This document shows, piece by piece, positions 19,455 through 29,435 of a stretch of DNA of 64,000 bases. The notes under the pieces were generated by a model, which had not been told where the DNA came from, did not search any database, and worked only from the letters and a program-made list of their open reading frames with translations. How positions within the stretch are numbered: the first letter of the stretch is position 1; the number at the start of each line of letters is the position of its first letter. The stretch is taken from positions 992,001 through 1,056,000 of the forward strand of contig CAKKNE010000003.1 in NCBI GenBank assembly GCA_918797485.1. Direction: 5' to 3'. Source of the stretch: Pelagomonas calceolata (Eukaryota). The position numbers were made by a program, and so were the translations under genes.

Positions 19455-20201
19455 CTACAACTTCGCGTCGATCATCTGCCGCGACGGCGGGTCCGTGCAC
19501 CCGGTCACGTCGCCGTCCGCGTCCCGCTGCAAACAATACGCGATGGCCTCGACGGCGTTCGTGATGGCGACGTCCTCGCCCTCGTCGCGCCAGTAGCGCG
19601 ACGTCCCGAAGCGGCCCTGGAGCCGCGACCAAAAGGGCGTCGGTAAAATATCAGCGAGGCCGTCGCCGACGTTGAAATTGAGGATGTTCGACGTGCCCTT
19701 GAGGCCCTTGTCCGCGACGAGTACGATGGTCTTGTCGTCGACCTTCCAGTAGTCTTTTATGGCCAGTCCTGGGGTCTCGGGGTAGCTCTGGCAGAGCACG
19801 CGGAGCTTGAAGCCGCTCGTCTTTTCTATTTGTTCCGTGAGCTTCTGGATGCGTTTTTGTTCTCCTGGTGTCAGGAAGTTGACCTTCACATCAATCACGT
19901 TTCTTACGGGACCGCTCGGCAGGAGCTCGGGCTTGTTCACGCCTTCCGGGCGGGCGACTGCTGGTCGTGGTTTTATTACAGTCAGCGACGCGAGCGTCGC
20001 GGCGATGCGCTCTCCCACGTTGCGGCGCGTTTGTGGTGTGTGTTGCAGCGCGTCGACTCCTAACCCGTCGTCGACGAAGAGGATCGCTAGCAGTGCGCCA
20101 AATAAGAAGAGCGAGTGTAGCCGCGAGCTGTCGCCGTCGCTGGCGCGCTGTTTGCGTGCAGTGCCCATCGCTTGGCGCTGCTTGCGAGCGCTCATCGCCA
20201 T
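19455..20201 (-). CDS. TPM-domain thylakoid lumenal 15 kDa-like protein
   Basis: RR...AVA then RPEGVNKPELLP, GFKLRVLCQSYPETPGLAIKDYW and NILNFNVG. Start codon uncertain. Confidence 0.8.
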   Translation of the reverse strand: MAMSARKQRQAMGTARKQRASDGDSSRLHSLFLFGALLAILFVDDGLGVDALQHTPQTRRNVGERIAATLASLTVIKPRPAVARPEGVNKPELLPSGPVRNVIDVKVNFLTPGEQKRIQKLTEQIEKTSGFKLRVLCQSYPETPGLAIKDYWKVDDKTIVLVADKGLKGTSNILNFNVGDGLADILPTPFWSRLQGRFGTSRYWRDEGEDVAITNAVEAIAYCLQRDADGDVTGCTDPPSRQMIDAKL

Positions 20202-20589
20202 GCTCTCACAGCTGAAGCGAGTTTAACGCGGTCGTCTCAATGCAAGACGGTGCGCAGCACTTTACTCGTGCAACGACAACTCCCTGACAGCTTGGTCTTG
20301 CTTTTTTTCGCTCGTTGTTGCAGCCGTTTTGGCAGTCAGAGTCATCAATGCAAGTTGAGCAGCCGCGTCGCTCGTCGGAGAGCATTGATGCCTCCACGGC
20401 GTCCGACGCTTCCGTATGCGGTGCTTGTGTTTGGCACGGGTCCGCGGCGCCCGAGGTCGTCGTGCGGGGGCAGCTATTGGCATGCATGGCAAGGTTTTGT
20501 GCTCGCAACCTACAGCCTTAACGCTGCCGTTCGCCCAGCATACCATGCAGTAGGGCCCGTCACTCGCATACGAGGCTGCCCCAGCAGCA

Positions 20590-22071
20590 ATGCGCGCCGT
20601 CGCGAGGGCTATCGTGTCGCGAACGAAAAGCAATGTCGAACCTATTTACAAGAAACAGCCAAAACTCGTGGTCGGCGCGCTCGCTCTCGTCGCAGGAGTC
20701 ATATGGCTGGCGGGGCAGAGTGCCGGCGGCGCCGGGGCCGGTGGAGCTGCTGGCGATATCGGAATCTGCTGGCTGAGGACTGGGATCAACGCCAGCAACG
20801 CTGCGCACGAGCTGTCCGCCGTCGCCGTCGCGGCGGCCACGCTGCGGCGCTACGACGCGTCGATGGCGCGCTGCCTCTACGTCGACATCGACGCGGACAC
20901 AGCGCGAAATGCGCTGGACGCGCTCGCGAAACGGCTGGGCGAGAAGCCGAATCTCGTACCGCGCGTACTGCCCGCGCCGAGGCTCTCGGCCAAGCGCCTC
21001 GCCGCCGCAATTGCTGCCTTCGACGAGGACGCGGGCCGTCGACTCGCCTCTCGCGCGAGCCGGATCCTCGCAATGGCGGCGCCGCCGTTCGGCTCTACGC
21101 TATTTCTGGATGACGACGCGCTTCCCTGCGCCAGACACGCGAGCGAAACGCTCAGGCAGATGAGCAAGGCCGCGGCCCAAGCCGATGTCGACGTGGCCCT
21201 CGCTTCGGGCGCCCACGCGCGAGGCGCGTTCGGCGCTGGCGGAGCCGGTGCGGCCGCGTCCTCCGCTGCAGCTGCCGCGGCGGCGCGCTGCGCCTCTGTG
21301 TGCGGGGCTAATGACTTCGGAGATGATGGGGACGACGGTGGTTTCGACCGCGACGCCCCCGGCGCCTGCGACGCGTGCCAGCTCGCCGCTCGAGCCGCCG
21401 CCCGCGACAGATGCGCGGGCCTATCTGCGGCGCCGCGAACGGGCGCAATATTCGCGAGGCGTACGGAAGGGACCGCGGCATTCGCAAAGGACTGGTTAGG
21501 GGCGCTCTTGGACGGCAGCGCGCCGAAACCCCGACGGCCGCAGGACGTCGGCCGCTCGGCGCCGGCCTTAATAGCGCTGCTCGCGAGGGCGTGTGGTCCG
21601 AACGCCACTCGAACAAAGAAGCCGCCCGCGTGGCAGCTCGGCCGCTTGCCGGCGGCCTGGGACGTGTCCGCTGCACAGGAATCGGCTGCCGCTGTACGTG
21701 GTGGATTCGTTGTTTTGCACGCCGCTCATATCACGACGTTGGTTGAACCACCAGAGAGAGCTCTCCGCGTTGCGAGATCTGCGTGCCGCACGGCACTCAA
21801 TGGGACGACCGCCTGGCGACTCGTTGCGGCGCCCAATGGCGCCGCCGCGCGCGATCTGGCAAAATTAAGGTGTACGGAGGACGCCGACGGCCTCGTCATC
21901 ACTGGTGTACCGGGAGGTGGCGCCGACGGCGGCCGCCACGCCGTCGACGTTGCGCGCACCGCCGCCGGCCGCGCGTTCGAGCTCCTCTGGGCGCGGACGC
22001 GGTCCCCGGACTGCCCGCCGCCGGAGGATACGTCGTTTCCTGGGCTCGTGAAGCATCCGGCGCCGAGCTAG
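20590..22071 (+). CDS. Type II membrane GT-A-fold glycosyltransferase-like protein
   Basis: N-terminal TM and PFGSTLFLDDD (DxD-type) motif. Confidence 0.55.
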   Translation: MRAVARAIVSRTKSNVEPIYKKQPKLVVGALALVAGVIWLAGQSAGGAGAGGAAGDIGICWLRTGINASNAAHELSAVAVAAATLRRYDASMARCLYVDIDADTARNALDALAKRLGEKPNLVPRVLPAPRLSAKRLAAAIAAFDEDAGRRLASRASRILAMAAPPFGSTLFLDDDALPCARHASETLRQMSKAAAQADVDVALASGAHARGAFGAGGAGAAASSAAAAAAARCASVCGANDFGDDGDDGGFDRDAPGACDACQLAARAAARDRCAGLSAAPRTGAIFARRTEGTAAFAKDWLGALLDGSAPKPRRPQDVGRSAPALIALLARACGPNATRTKKPPAWQLGRLPAAWDVSAAQESAAAVRGGFVVLHAAHITTLVEPPERALRVARSACRTALNGTTAWRLVAAPNGAAARDLAKLRCTEDADGLVITGVPGGGADGGRHAVDVARTAAGRAFELLWARTRSPDCPPPEDTSFPGLVKHPAPS

Positions 22072-22167
22072 GTATACCTTGCCCTCCGGGTGTGGTTATG
22101 TGTTGGAGTTTCTCGTAAAGTAAATTACACGTTGGGGACGGGGGACTTGACGGGGGGACGCTATTGT

Positions 22168-22605
22168 TCACACCTTGAACTGGAACTTGATACCTTTCAT
22201 GTGGGCGAGTTTGATTCCGAGCACGACACCCCAAACGAAACCGACTCCGGTTCCGAGCGCGCATGTCACCCAGTGGTGATCGGGCCAAAACCTCACCTTA
22301 AGGGGCTTGGGGCCGACGAAGGCCTTAATAACGACTTCGGGCACCGCGAAGGCAGCAGGGAACGTCACAGAGGCCACGGCTAAGACGTGCCCGACGTACA
22401 ACGGGCCGCCTACGGAGATGATGCCGCAGACCATCGCGGCCACGGCCACGGCCGTAACGACCTTGTCGGCGACTCCATAACTCGTCGTCACCTTCGGGAG
22501 CGCCGCGGTGCTCTCGTCCATGCTCTGCCGCGGCGCGCTGTGCGCTTCTTCTTGGCGGCAGTCGGCGCGCGGCGCCTGTGCCTCCCGTGACCCTAGCTGA
22601 CCCAT
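22168..22605 (-). CDS. Small multi-TM hypothetical protein
   Basis: 145-aa ORF with about three hydrophobic segments. Fits gene spacing. Confidence 0.55.
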   Translation of the reverse strand: MGQLGSREAQAPRADCRQEEAHSAPRQSMDESTAALPKVTTSYGVADKVVTAVAVAAMVCGIISVGGPLYVGHVLAVASVTFPAAFAVPEVVIKAFVGPKPLKVRFWPDHHWVTCALGTGVGFVWGVVLGIKLAHMKGIKFQFKV

Positions 22606-22747
22606 GGCTCACCGCGCGCTGCTTGTCACGAGAGGGTTAGGGGCTGCCCGTCGCGGTGCGCGCCGAGGTCCAGCACCGCCGACGATGCTCAAACGCACGC
22701 TATATAGCGCGCAACTCGCAAGAGACTGGAAGTCGACCCGACGATTA

Positions 22748-22771
22748 GCTAGCGGCCTGTAAGACACTAGC
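22748..22771 (+). promoter_or_regulatory. CTAG-box element GCTAGCGGCCTGTAAGACACTAGC
   Basis: Between divergent starts 22605 and 22871. Confidence 0.75.
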
Positions 22772-22870
22772 ACTCGTGGCAAAAAGCGCATATCGCGCTG
22801 CAGCAATTGACACAAGCTACGCACAAGCTAGAGAATACTCCTCACATAGACCAGAAGCGATCACGCATCA

Positions 22871-24898
22871 ATGGACGACGCGTTCGCGAACATAGCAAGC
22901 TTTTTGGGCCCAAACGCGGCACTGCCGCCCGCTCCCGCGCGGCGCGCAGCCGCGCCGGCCGCACCGCCGCGGCCGCAAGCAGCGGCGAGGGCCGCACCGC
23001 TGCTGCCAGCCCTCGAAGAAGCAAAAGCGCCGCCGCGCGTCCGCGCCGTCGTCTTCTCGAAAGACCGCGCGTTCCAGCTGCGGTGCCACCTGCGCTCGCT
23101 AGCGCGCGCCCAGCCCACCGAGGTCTTCGTGCTCTGGCGCGCGGAAGGAGATACCTCGGCGAAAGCGTACGCCACTGTGCAAGCCGAGTTCCCGTCGCAC
23201 CGATTCCTCTGCGACGGCGATGCTGGGCCGGCGGCGAACCTCGCGATCGCGCTCGCCGACGCCGAGTTCGTATGGTTTCTCGTCGACGATGCGCTCGTCG
23301 TCGAAAGCTTTGATGTCGTGGCGGCGGCGACTGCGCTGCGACGCGACGATTGCCTGCTCGCAGTGCATGCTAGACTCCATCCCGGCGTGACGTGGTGTCA
23401 TCCCCAGGATGCGCCCTGCGCCCCGCCGGCGGTGTTCGACGTCGTCGGCGGGGACGTCGGCAAGGCGCCCGCGCTCCTCGCGTTCGACCGGAGTGGGTTG
23501 TCGGGCGACTGGTCGTACGCTTGGGATTTAGCCGGTGGGCTGTATCGCGGCACCGATGCGAGCGCCGTCGTCCGAGACATCGTGCGCCCAGGCCCAGGAA
23601 ACGACGCCGCGGCGCATCCGAACCGCCTCGAGGCAAATGGCAACGCTGCGTTGCGGCGTCTCGGGCTCACCTCGCAACGCCCGAGGAGCGCCTGTCCTGC
23701 GGTCAAGGCGCTGGTCATCGTCACGGTGAACCGTGTCCAAGACGTCTACTCGGCGCCCGTCTATGACGCGACACCAGCGCCGTCGCTCGACGCGCTCGAC
23801 GCCCTCGTCGACGACGCGGCGGCCGATCTGGACGTTGCCATGTACGCCAAGACGAGCCACGACTCGGCGCACGTCGGAGACTGGTTTCCTTCGCCTCAAG
23901 AACGACCGTCAAAGCCGCCGCGCGTCTCCGTGCTCATCGCCGCGAAGAACGAGGAAGCGACGATCGTAGATGCGGTGAGATCGGCGCTGGACGAGGGGGA
24001 CATAGTCGAGGAGGTCGTGGTAATTGACGACCACTCGACGGATGGCACGCGCGCTGCCGTGGCAGCGATCGATGATGCACGCGTCCGGGTCCTAGAAAGT
24101 TCGGGCCACGGACTCGCCGAAGCTTTAAATTTCGGGCTGAAAATGTGCTCGTGCGATGTCGTGGCGCGGCTCGACGCCGACGACGTCTTCGCGGCCGGCC
24201 AACTCAACCGCCATGTTGCGAGGTTCGCGGATTTGAGGCGAAGAGGGCGGGTCGCCGCGTGTGGGGGCGCAGCCGTGAGTTGGTGGCCCGACGGCGCACG
24301 GGCGCCGCTGCTTCGTTCGCGCTCGGGTGACGCCGAGTGGTCGCTGCTCTTCTCCTGTTGCGTGGCGCACCCGACCGTGCTGCTGGACCGACGCGCTGTG
24401 CTGAACCTAGATGGCTACGCGAGCGCGGCCGAGCCTGCCGAGGACTACGACCTCTGGCTCCGCGCCGCCGACGCGGGCGCGGGCGTGGCCAACGCCTCGG
24501 ACATTCCGCGGACATGGCTCCGGAAGCGTTCCACGAGCGTGTCGGCGGCGCGGCGCGCGGCGCAAGAGGCCGCCGCCGACGCCGCCGTCGCGCGCTCCAT
24601 TGGAAGGAGGCTCGGCACGGAGCCGCCGCCCGCCGTCGTGTCCGCAATGCGGCGGCCCGCGACGTGCGAAAGCGCCGACGCGCTCGACGGCGCCGCCGCG
24701 CTCCTGTCGTCGCTGCGCGCACGCGCGGTCGCCGCCCTGGCCGAAGACGCGCGCGCCACAAAACGCGTCGACGCCGACGCGTCGCAGCGCCTTGCCGAGC
24801 TCCAGGCCTGCGGACTGCGCCTCGGACGCGTCCTCGGCGTCGCCGACGGGAAGATGGAAGCGCTTCGAGGATTGTGTGCGGCGGCATCGCTAAAGTAG
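22871..24898 (+). CDS. Two-domain glycosyltransferase (N-terminal GT-A-like plus C-terminal GT2)
   Basis: VVFSKDRAFQL and FLVDD in the N-half. VSVLIAAKNE, VIDDHSTDGT, ARLDADD and AEDYDLWLR in the C-half. Confidence 0.82.
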   Translation: MDDAFANIASFLGPNAALPPAPARRAAAPAAPPRPQAAARAAPLLPALEEAKAPPRVRAVVFSKDRAFQLRCHLRSLARAQPTEVFVLWRAEGDTSAKAYATVQAEFPSHRFLCDGDAGPAANLAIALADAEFVWFLVDDALVVESFDVVAAATALRRDDCLLAVHARLHPGVTWCHPQDAPCAPPAVFDVVGGDVGKAPALLAFDRSGLSGDWSYAWDLAGGLYRGTDASAVVRDIVRPGPGNDAAAHPNRLEANGNAALRRLGLTSQRPRSACPAVKALVIVTVNRVQDVYSAPVYDATPAPSLDALDALVDDAAADLDVAMYAKTSHDSAHVGDWFPSPQERPSKPPRVSVLIAAKNEEATIVDAVRSALDEGDIVEEVVVIDDHSTDGTRAAVAAIDDARVRVLESSGHGLAEALNFGLKMCSCDVVARLDADDVFAAGQLNRHVARFADLRRRGRVAACGGAAVSWWPDGARAPLLRSRSGDAEWSLLFSCCVAHPTVLLDRRAVLNLDGYASAAEPAEDYDLWLRAADAGAGVANASDIPRTWLRKRSTSVSAARRAAQEAAADAAVARSIGRRLGTEPPPAVVSAMRRPATCESADALDGAAALLSSLRARAVAALAEDARATKRVDADASQRLAELQACGLRLGRVLGVADGKMEALRGLCAAASLK

Positions 24899-24923
24899 CT
24901 GTTTGTTAACACTAATTAGGATG

Positions 24924-26675
24924 TTACCACCACACGAAGTTCACGAGCCCGAAAGCGTCCCAAACGGCGTTTCTGAGCTCCGAATTCAGGACCTGGGCGC
25001 CGCCAGTCACCCCGTCAGCGCCTCCCACGTGACCCTGGCGGGGCACGTCTTGGTAGAAGTGTAGGTAGCGATAGTCAGCGGCGTCGACGTCGTCTCGGAA
25101 GACTCCGAACCCGTAGGCGTCGACGCTCCGACAGAGCGACATCGCAAGCGCAACGGCAGTTGATCCCGAGCCGGATCCGAGGCCGCGGCCATGGAGGACG
25201 GCGTTCGACGGCAGGAATACGCGCCATCCATCGGACGCATTCTGCACTCGCGCGGCGCGGACAGCGGCTTTGTAGGTGTCTCGGTCCTTCGTGACGACCG
25301 CGCTGCCGAGACCTGACAAACTGTTTAACACATCCTTGTGCTGAGACAGAAACTTTTCGGCAATCGAATTATTGACGAGCTCTTCAAATTGGCTGATGGT
25401 CAGGGCGTTGATGGCAAAATCTACCCGAGCTCCGACCTTGCACGAGTAGGCATTGCGATTTTCCGTTTGTAGCTGCACCTTGTTCACACGGAACACTGCG
25501 TCGTAACTGTCGATCGTGCCGCCCCACGGCGATCCGCAGCGGAGCGAGTGACCAGATCCCACGACGGCACAGCGGTCGAGCGATTGCGCGCCAGGAACCG
25601 GAACTGAATGCCCACCCTCTGCCGCGGCGGAAAATGGTGCGGCCTCGCGATGCCGCGACCACCACGCAGCGAGCTTGTGAATATGTAGAATTCGGCAACG
25701 TTCGAGGGCCAACTTGTCGCGCGCATCGCCGCCCCGCGACACGTCAGCACGCCAGACGTATTTGATGGCAAGCTTCGAGAAGCATACTTCGACACACGTT
25801 TTCGGCACGTGCTTATATTCCTTCCAATCGTCTACGAGGTGCGCGAAGACACAGCTCGCGTTCGCGTCACGAGCTTTACACCCGGCGGGGCAACTCGGCA
25901 GCACGCGCGCGTCGCATAGCCTTGTTTTATCGCAGAGCGCGCCGCGCCTCTCCAAGCGCCTCACGAGCGTTTCGGCTGCGTTTGACAGGAGGCTCCGCGC
26001 TTCGCTTTTGCGCCCTTCGAGCAGCGCGAGCAGTGCGAGCGGTTGTGGACGCGGCGGCTTTCGCGGCGACGGCACGCTCGAACGACACAGGCCCAATGAT
26101 TTGGCTTCCACGACGCGAGTGACGGCACGCTGTTTGGCAATTTTCTTTCTGCCGTCGCATAGGACCGCGTCAATCACGACTCGTTCGCTGGGGCGCAGCG
26201 CGCTATACTTGGATTCGTGTTCGTGGCTTGTGTGCCTTTTGAACCGGTGCCGGTGGTGGTGGCCGCGCTTTCTCAGAGCACGCCTCGGCACAGACATCTC
26301 GACCGCAACCGTGGACTGATGATCCGTACCAGGACAGCTTGGTACGCCGTTGACCGAGATGGCAGTCGTAAGGTGCCGCTTGCCGCCGCCTACGTAGGTG
26401 GCGTGCACAACTCGGCCCGCCGCGACCGTGAGCGGCACTCCGTCGTTTGAGCTCCCGCCTTCGACCGAGAGCCTGAGCGTCGGCGTTTGTATTGGAGCGG
26501 TTCTCGCAAGTCTGCTCGTGCGCGCTGCCTTCTCCACCGCTCCCCGCGTGGTTTCGAGCTCGCACACAGCACTCCAATTCGCCTTGTGGCCGGCGCCGGC
26601 TGCCCCTCCGAATGCATGTAATACAACCAGTAATTGCAGGCAGAGGGACATCCTCCTAGTCCTTAGCATGAGCAT
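24924..26675 (-). CDS. GT29 sialyltransferase-like protein
   Basis: Sialylmotif-L-like CAVVGSG...GGTIDSYDAVFRVN, S-like SGSTAVALAMSLCRSVDAYGF and HFY. N-terminal hydrophobic segment. Confidence 0.75.
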   Translation of the reverse strand: MLMLRTRRMSLCLQLLVVLHAFGGAAGAGHKANWSAVCELETTRGAVEKAARTSRLARTAPIQTPTLRLSVEGGSSNDGVPLTVAAGRVVHATYVGGGKRHLTTAISVNGVPSCPGTDHQSTVAVEMSVPRRALRKRGHHHRHRFKRHTSHEHESKYSALRPSERVVIDAVLCDGRKKIAKQRAVTRVVEAKSLGLCRSSVPSPRKPPRPQPLALLALLEGRKSEARSLLSNAAETLVRRLERRGALCDKTRLCDARVLPSCPAGCKARDANASCVFAHLVDDWKEYKHVPKTCVEVCFSKLAIKYVWRADVSRGGDARDKLALERCRILHIHKLAAWWSRHREAAPFSAAAEGGHSVPVPGAQSLDRCAVVGSGHSLRCGSPWGGTIDSYDAVFRVNKVQLQTENRNAYSCKVGARVDFAINALTISQFEELVNNSIAEKFLSQHKDVLNSLSGLGSAVVTKDRDTYKAAVRAARVQNASDGWRVFLPSNAVLHGRGLGSGSGSTAVALAMSLCRSVDAYGFGVFRDDVDAADYRYLHFYQDVPRQGHVGGADGVTGGAQVLNSELRNAVWDAFGLVNFVWW

Positions 26676-26936
26676 AGCAGGCTGTATTACCTAGGTAGCA
26701 GCAAAGCCATCAGAGCTCATGGATCTGCTCCAAGCTCCATCTGAGGCTGCCCCTCACTTGAATCTGCCCTCGCCACCAGCCGTACGTGCATATATCGCAG
26801 TGCTCGCGCGTATATGGCTGGCTGCTGAGTGCCGTCGTGTGCTGCAAAAAAATGGACGCACGGGTTTTCTGTCAAAGAGGAGTCGCGAATTCACATAGTT
26901 TACCCAACGCGGCGCTGTATAATAATATGAGTCGCC

Positions 26937-29074
26937 TCACCGGGCGAGCCTCTTCTTCTCCTTCACGACGCGCCGCGTGACATCAGCAACAGCGTCGGCG
27001 ACGGCGTCCCGATCCTCTGTGGTAAACTTCGAGAGGTCGAACTTGTCGGGATGCCAACGCAGGAGGGCCGCGCGGACGGCTTTTTTTCGCGCTGACGCCG
27101 TCCTCGCGGAGCACACGGCGCCGGGCGGCGGCAAAGGCACGTCCGCGAGGCGGAGCGACCCCTCTTGCGCCGCGGCGAGCCGACGCTCGAACAGCTTGAA
27201 GGCTCGCTCGTGCGCGGCGGCGCTTTGGGATTGTCGCGGTGGCGTCGATCGCCGTCCCATCTGAGGTGGTGGCGGCGGCCGGCCTCCCCCCATCGGCGGC
27301 GGCGGCGGCTGATTCGCCGAGGCCGACCGCGGCGGCGGCGGCCGTCGTCCGGAAGGCGGCGGCGGAGGTGGTGCGTCCCTCTCGCCCCGCGCCAGCCGCA
27401 TGGCAACATCATCCCGCGCCGCCATGCCGGCGGCTCTATCAGCCGCCTCTTCGGAGCAATGCCTCAAGTCCTCGTCCAACGTGCACGGCTTTGGCGCGCT
27501 TCGGAGCCCCGCGAGCGCGTCCTCGATTGCCCGCAGCCTCGCGTGCGTCACGCCGTCCGTGAGAATAATCTCGAGGAGGGCGTGGCGCCGGGTGAGGCGT
27601 TCGAAGACGGCCGCGTCGGCCTGACCTGGAGCCGCGGTCTTTGCGAGGCCGAGGTGCGTGGCGGCGGCCATGAGCATGCGGTTGCGGACCCGTTTGGTTT
27701 GTTTCGCGTCGCCCGCCTGGAGTAGCGAGGCGCGAGCTTTCAGCACGAGGAGGGCTGCCCGCGGCGGTGGCCCCCCGCCCGGCGGCGCGCCGCGAGCATT
27801 GGCGCTGCCGAGGCACTCATCGAGACGCGGCCCGGCCGCGGCGCCGTCGCCAGCAGCCAGCGCCGCGCACGCGTCCGCGAGTGGTCCCGCTGGAGCCGAC
27901 GGCACCGCGTCGACGAATGCTTTTCGAGCACCGCTGACGGCGGCCACGTCAATAACAACGCGTCCAGCCCCGCCGCGCGGTCGTGCGGCTCCAGCGAGCC
28001 TACGCCGTTGTGTCTCGAAATGCCTCGCTTTCGCGACCAGCTCGCGCGCTTCCTTAATCTCGGCCTGGCCGCGTTGGCCGACCTCGCCGTCGGCCGCGCT
28101 CATCTCCACGACGGCCGCCTCGACCTGTGTAGAAATCAACATCGCGTCGATGGCGTGGGGCGTTGACGTTTGATTTCCACACAAGGCGTACAGAAAACGC
28201 GTCCTCGATCGCTCCCGCTGAATTTCCGACGGCCAATTTCGCTTGGCCGCGGCGCAGCATGGCGCGCGCGTAGGGCGCCTGCATGAAACAAACCGGTATG
28301 AATCACGATCGGATCAAATATTCTGTCGCGCAGACGCCGCATTCGTACGGGCGCGGCCTCAAATGCGAGTGTGCAGTCGCGTATCGCCCTGTGGTAGCAT
28401 ACCCGTGCCTTCGAGGCCCCGTGCTGCCGCGCCATCGCCATGTCGCATGCAGCTCGATTCGACAACAGGGCAGCGCGAAACGACCGCCGCGTCGCGTCGG
28501 CGGCATCGTCCGTAGCCCCGAGGCGGTCGAGCGCACGCGTATACGACTCACGCGCCGCCACGACATTATTCGCTCGGAATTGGCTATCACCGTCGGCCTT
28601 GGCCTTCGCCGCCGCGCCTGGAATGCCCAGGTCGCACGGGTTGGGCGCTGTTGGCGCAGCTCGCGGCGGTGGCGGCGGCCGCGACGGCACATCCCGCGTT
28701 GGTGGCGGTCGAGGGGCCTGCCGCGTCGGCGCGGGGGGCGCGCCCGGAACGGCTGCTTCTTTCGCTTTTTGCCGTTGGCGCGCTGCGTTGCGACGCCGTT
28801 TCTTCTCGAGGCGCGCAGCAGTCCGTCGTGCTTTCTCGTCGGCAGTCGGTGCGGCTGCAGTTGCGACTGGTGGCGGCGGTGGCGGCGCGGCCGCAGGAGG
28901 CGGTGCCCGCGGGGGCAGCGGAGGCGGGGGCGGCTCGGCCACGAAGCGGCCCCTGTCGTCCGTCTGGCCGGTGGCGCTCTTCCAGAGCTTCGAGCTGGCC
29001 TTCTTTAGCTTGCGCAGCATCGATGACTTCTTCTGCGCGCCGCCATTGTTCTCTGGCTGCATCGGGCGGCGCAT
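26937..29074 (-). CDS. TPR protein with C-terminal J-like (RWHPDKF) motif, 3 exons
   Basis: TPR AKADGDSQF...LLSNRAAC...ARAMLRRGQA. Introns 28279-28348 and 28125-28191 join three ORF pieces in frame. Confidence 0.7.
28125..28191 (-). mobile_element. Mini introner element (67-nt intron), reversed relative to its host gene
   Basis: CTGTGTAGAAATCAA...TTGATTTCCACACAA with core CGCGTCGATGGCGTGG. Splicing gives EDAFS-VEAAV. Confidence 0.85.
28279..28348 (-). other. Spliceosomal GT-AG intron (70 nt) without TIRs
   Basis: GTACGA...TGCAG. Splicing gives FEAAP-APYARAM. Confidence 0.65.
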
Positions 29075-29269
29075 TGATGGCACGGGGCAGCCTCGACGCG
29101 CCCGGCAGCTTTGCGAAGGCAGCGCCGGCGCTTTTGCAGCAACGGGGAAATGAGAAATGCGGGGCTGATTTTCCCCAGCCCTGAGCAGGGCTCCGGGAGC
29201 TGTGAAGGGACAGTTGAGTTCTATCACTCATCACCTGCGCCGAAACCCGTGAGATGCTGCAAACAGCGC

Positions 29270-29397
29270 GGGAGAGCGCTGCATCTCGCTGCACGGGCGT
29301 ACGCATCGCGCGTCGGCTGCCTCTAGTAGCTATATTGGGAGAGCACTGCACGCCTCGGCGTGCGCATCGTGCGTCGGGCTGCCTCTCGTAGCTATAT
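29270..29397. repeat. Degenerate tandem duplication of about 65 bp in a divergent promoter
   Basis: GGGAGAGC.CTGCA...GGCGT.CGCATCG.GCGTCGG(G)CTGCCTCT..TAGCTATAT occurs twice. Confidence 0.8.
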
Positions 29398-29435
29398 CGT
29401 CAGTGGAGTAGTCCCATCAGTGAGCCGCAATCACC

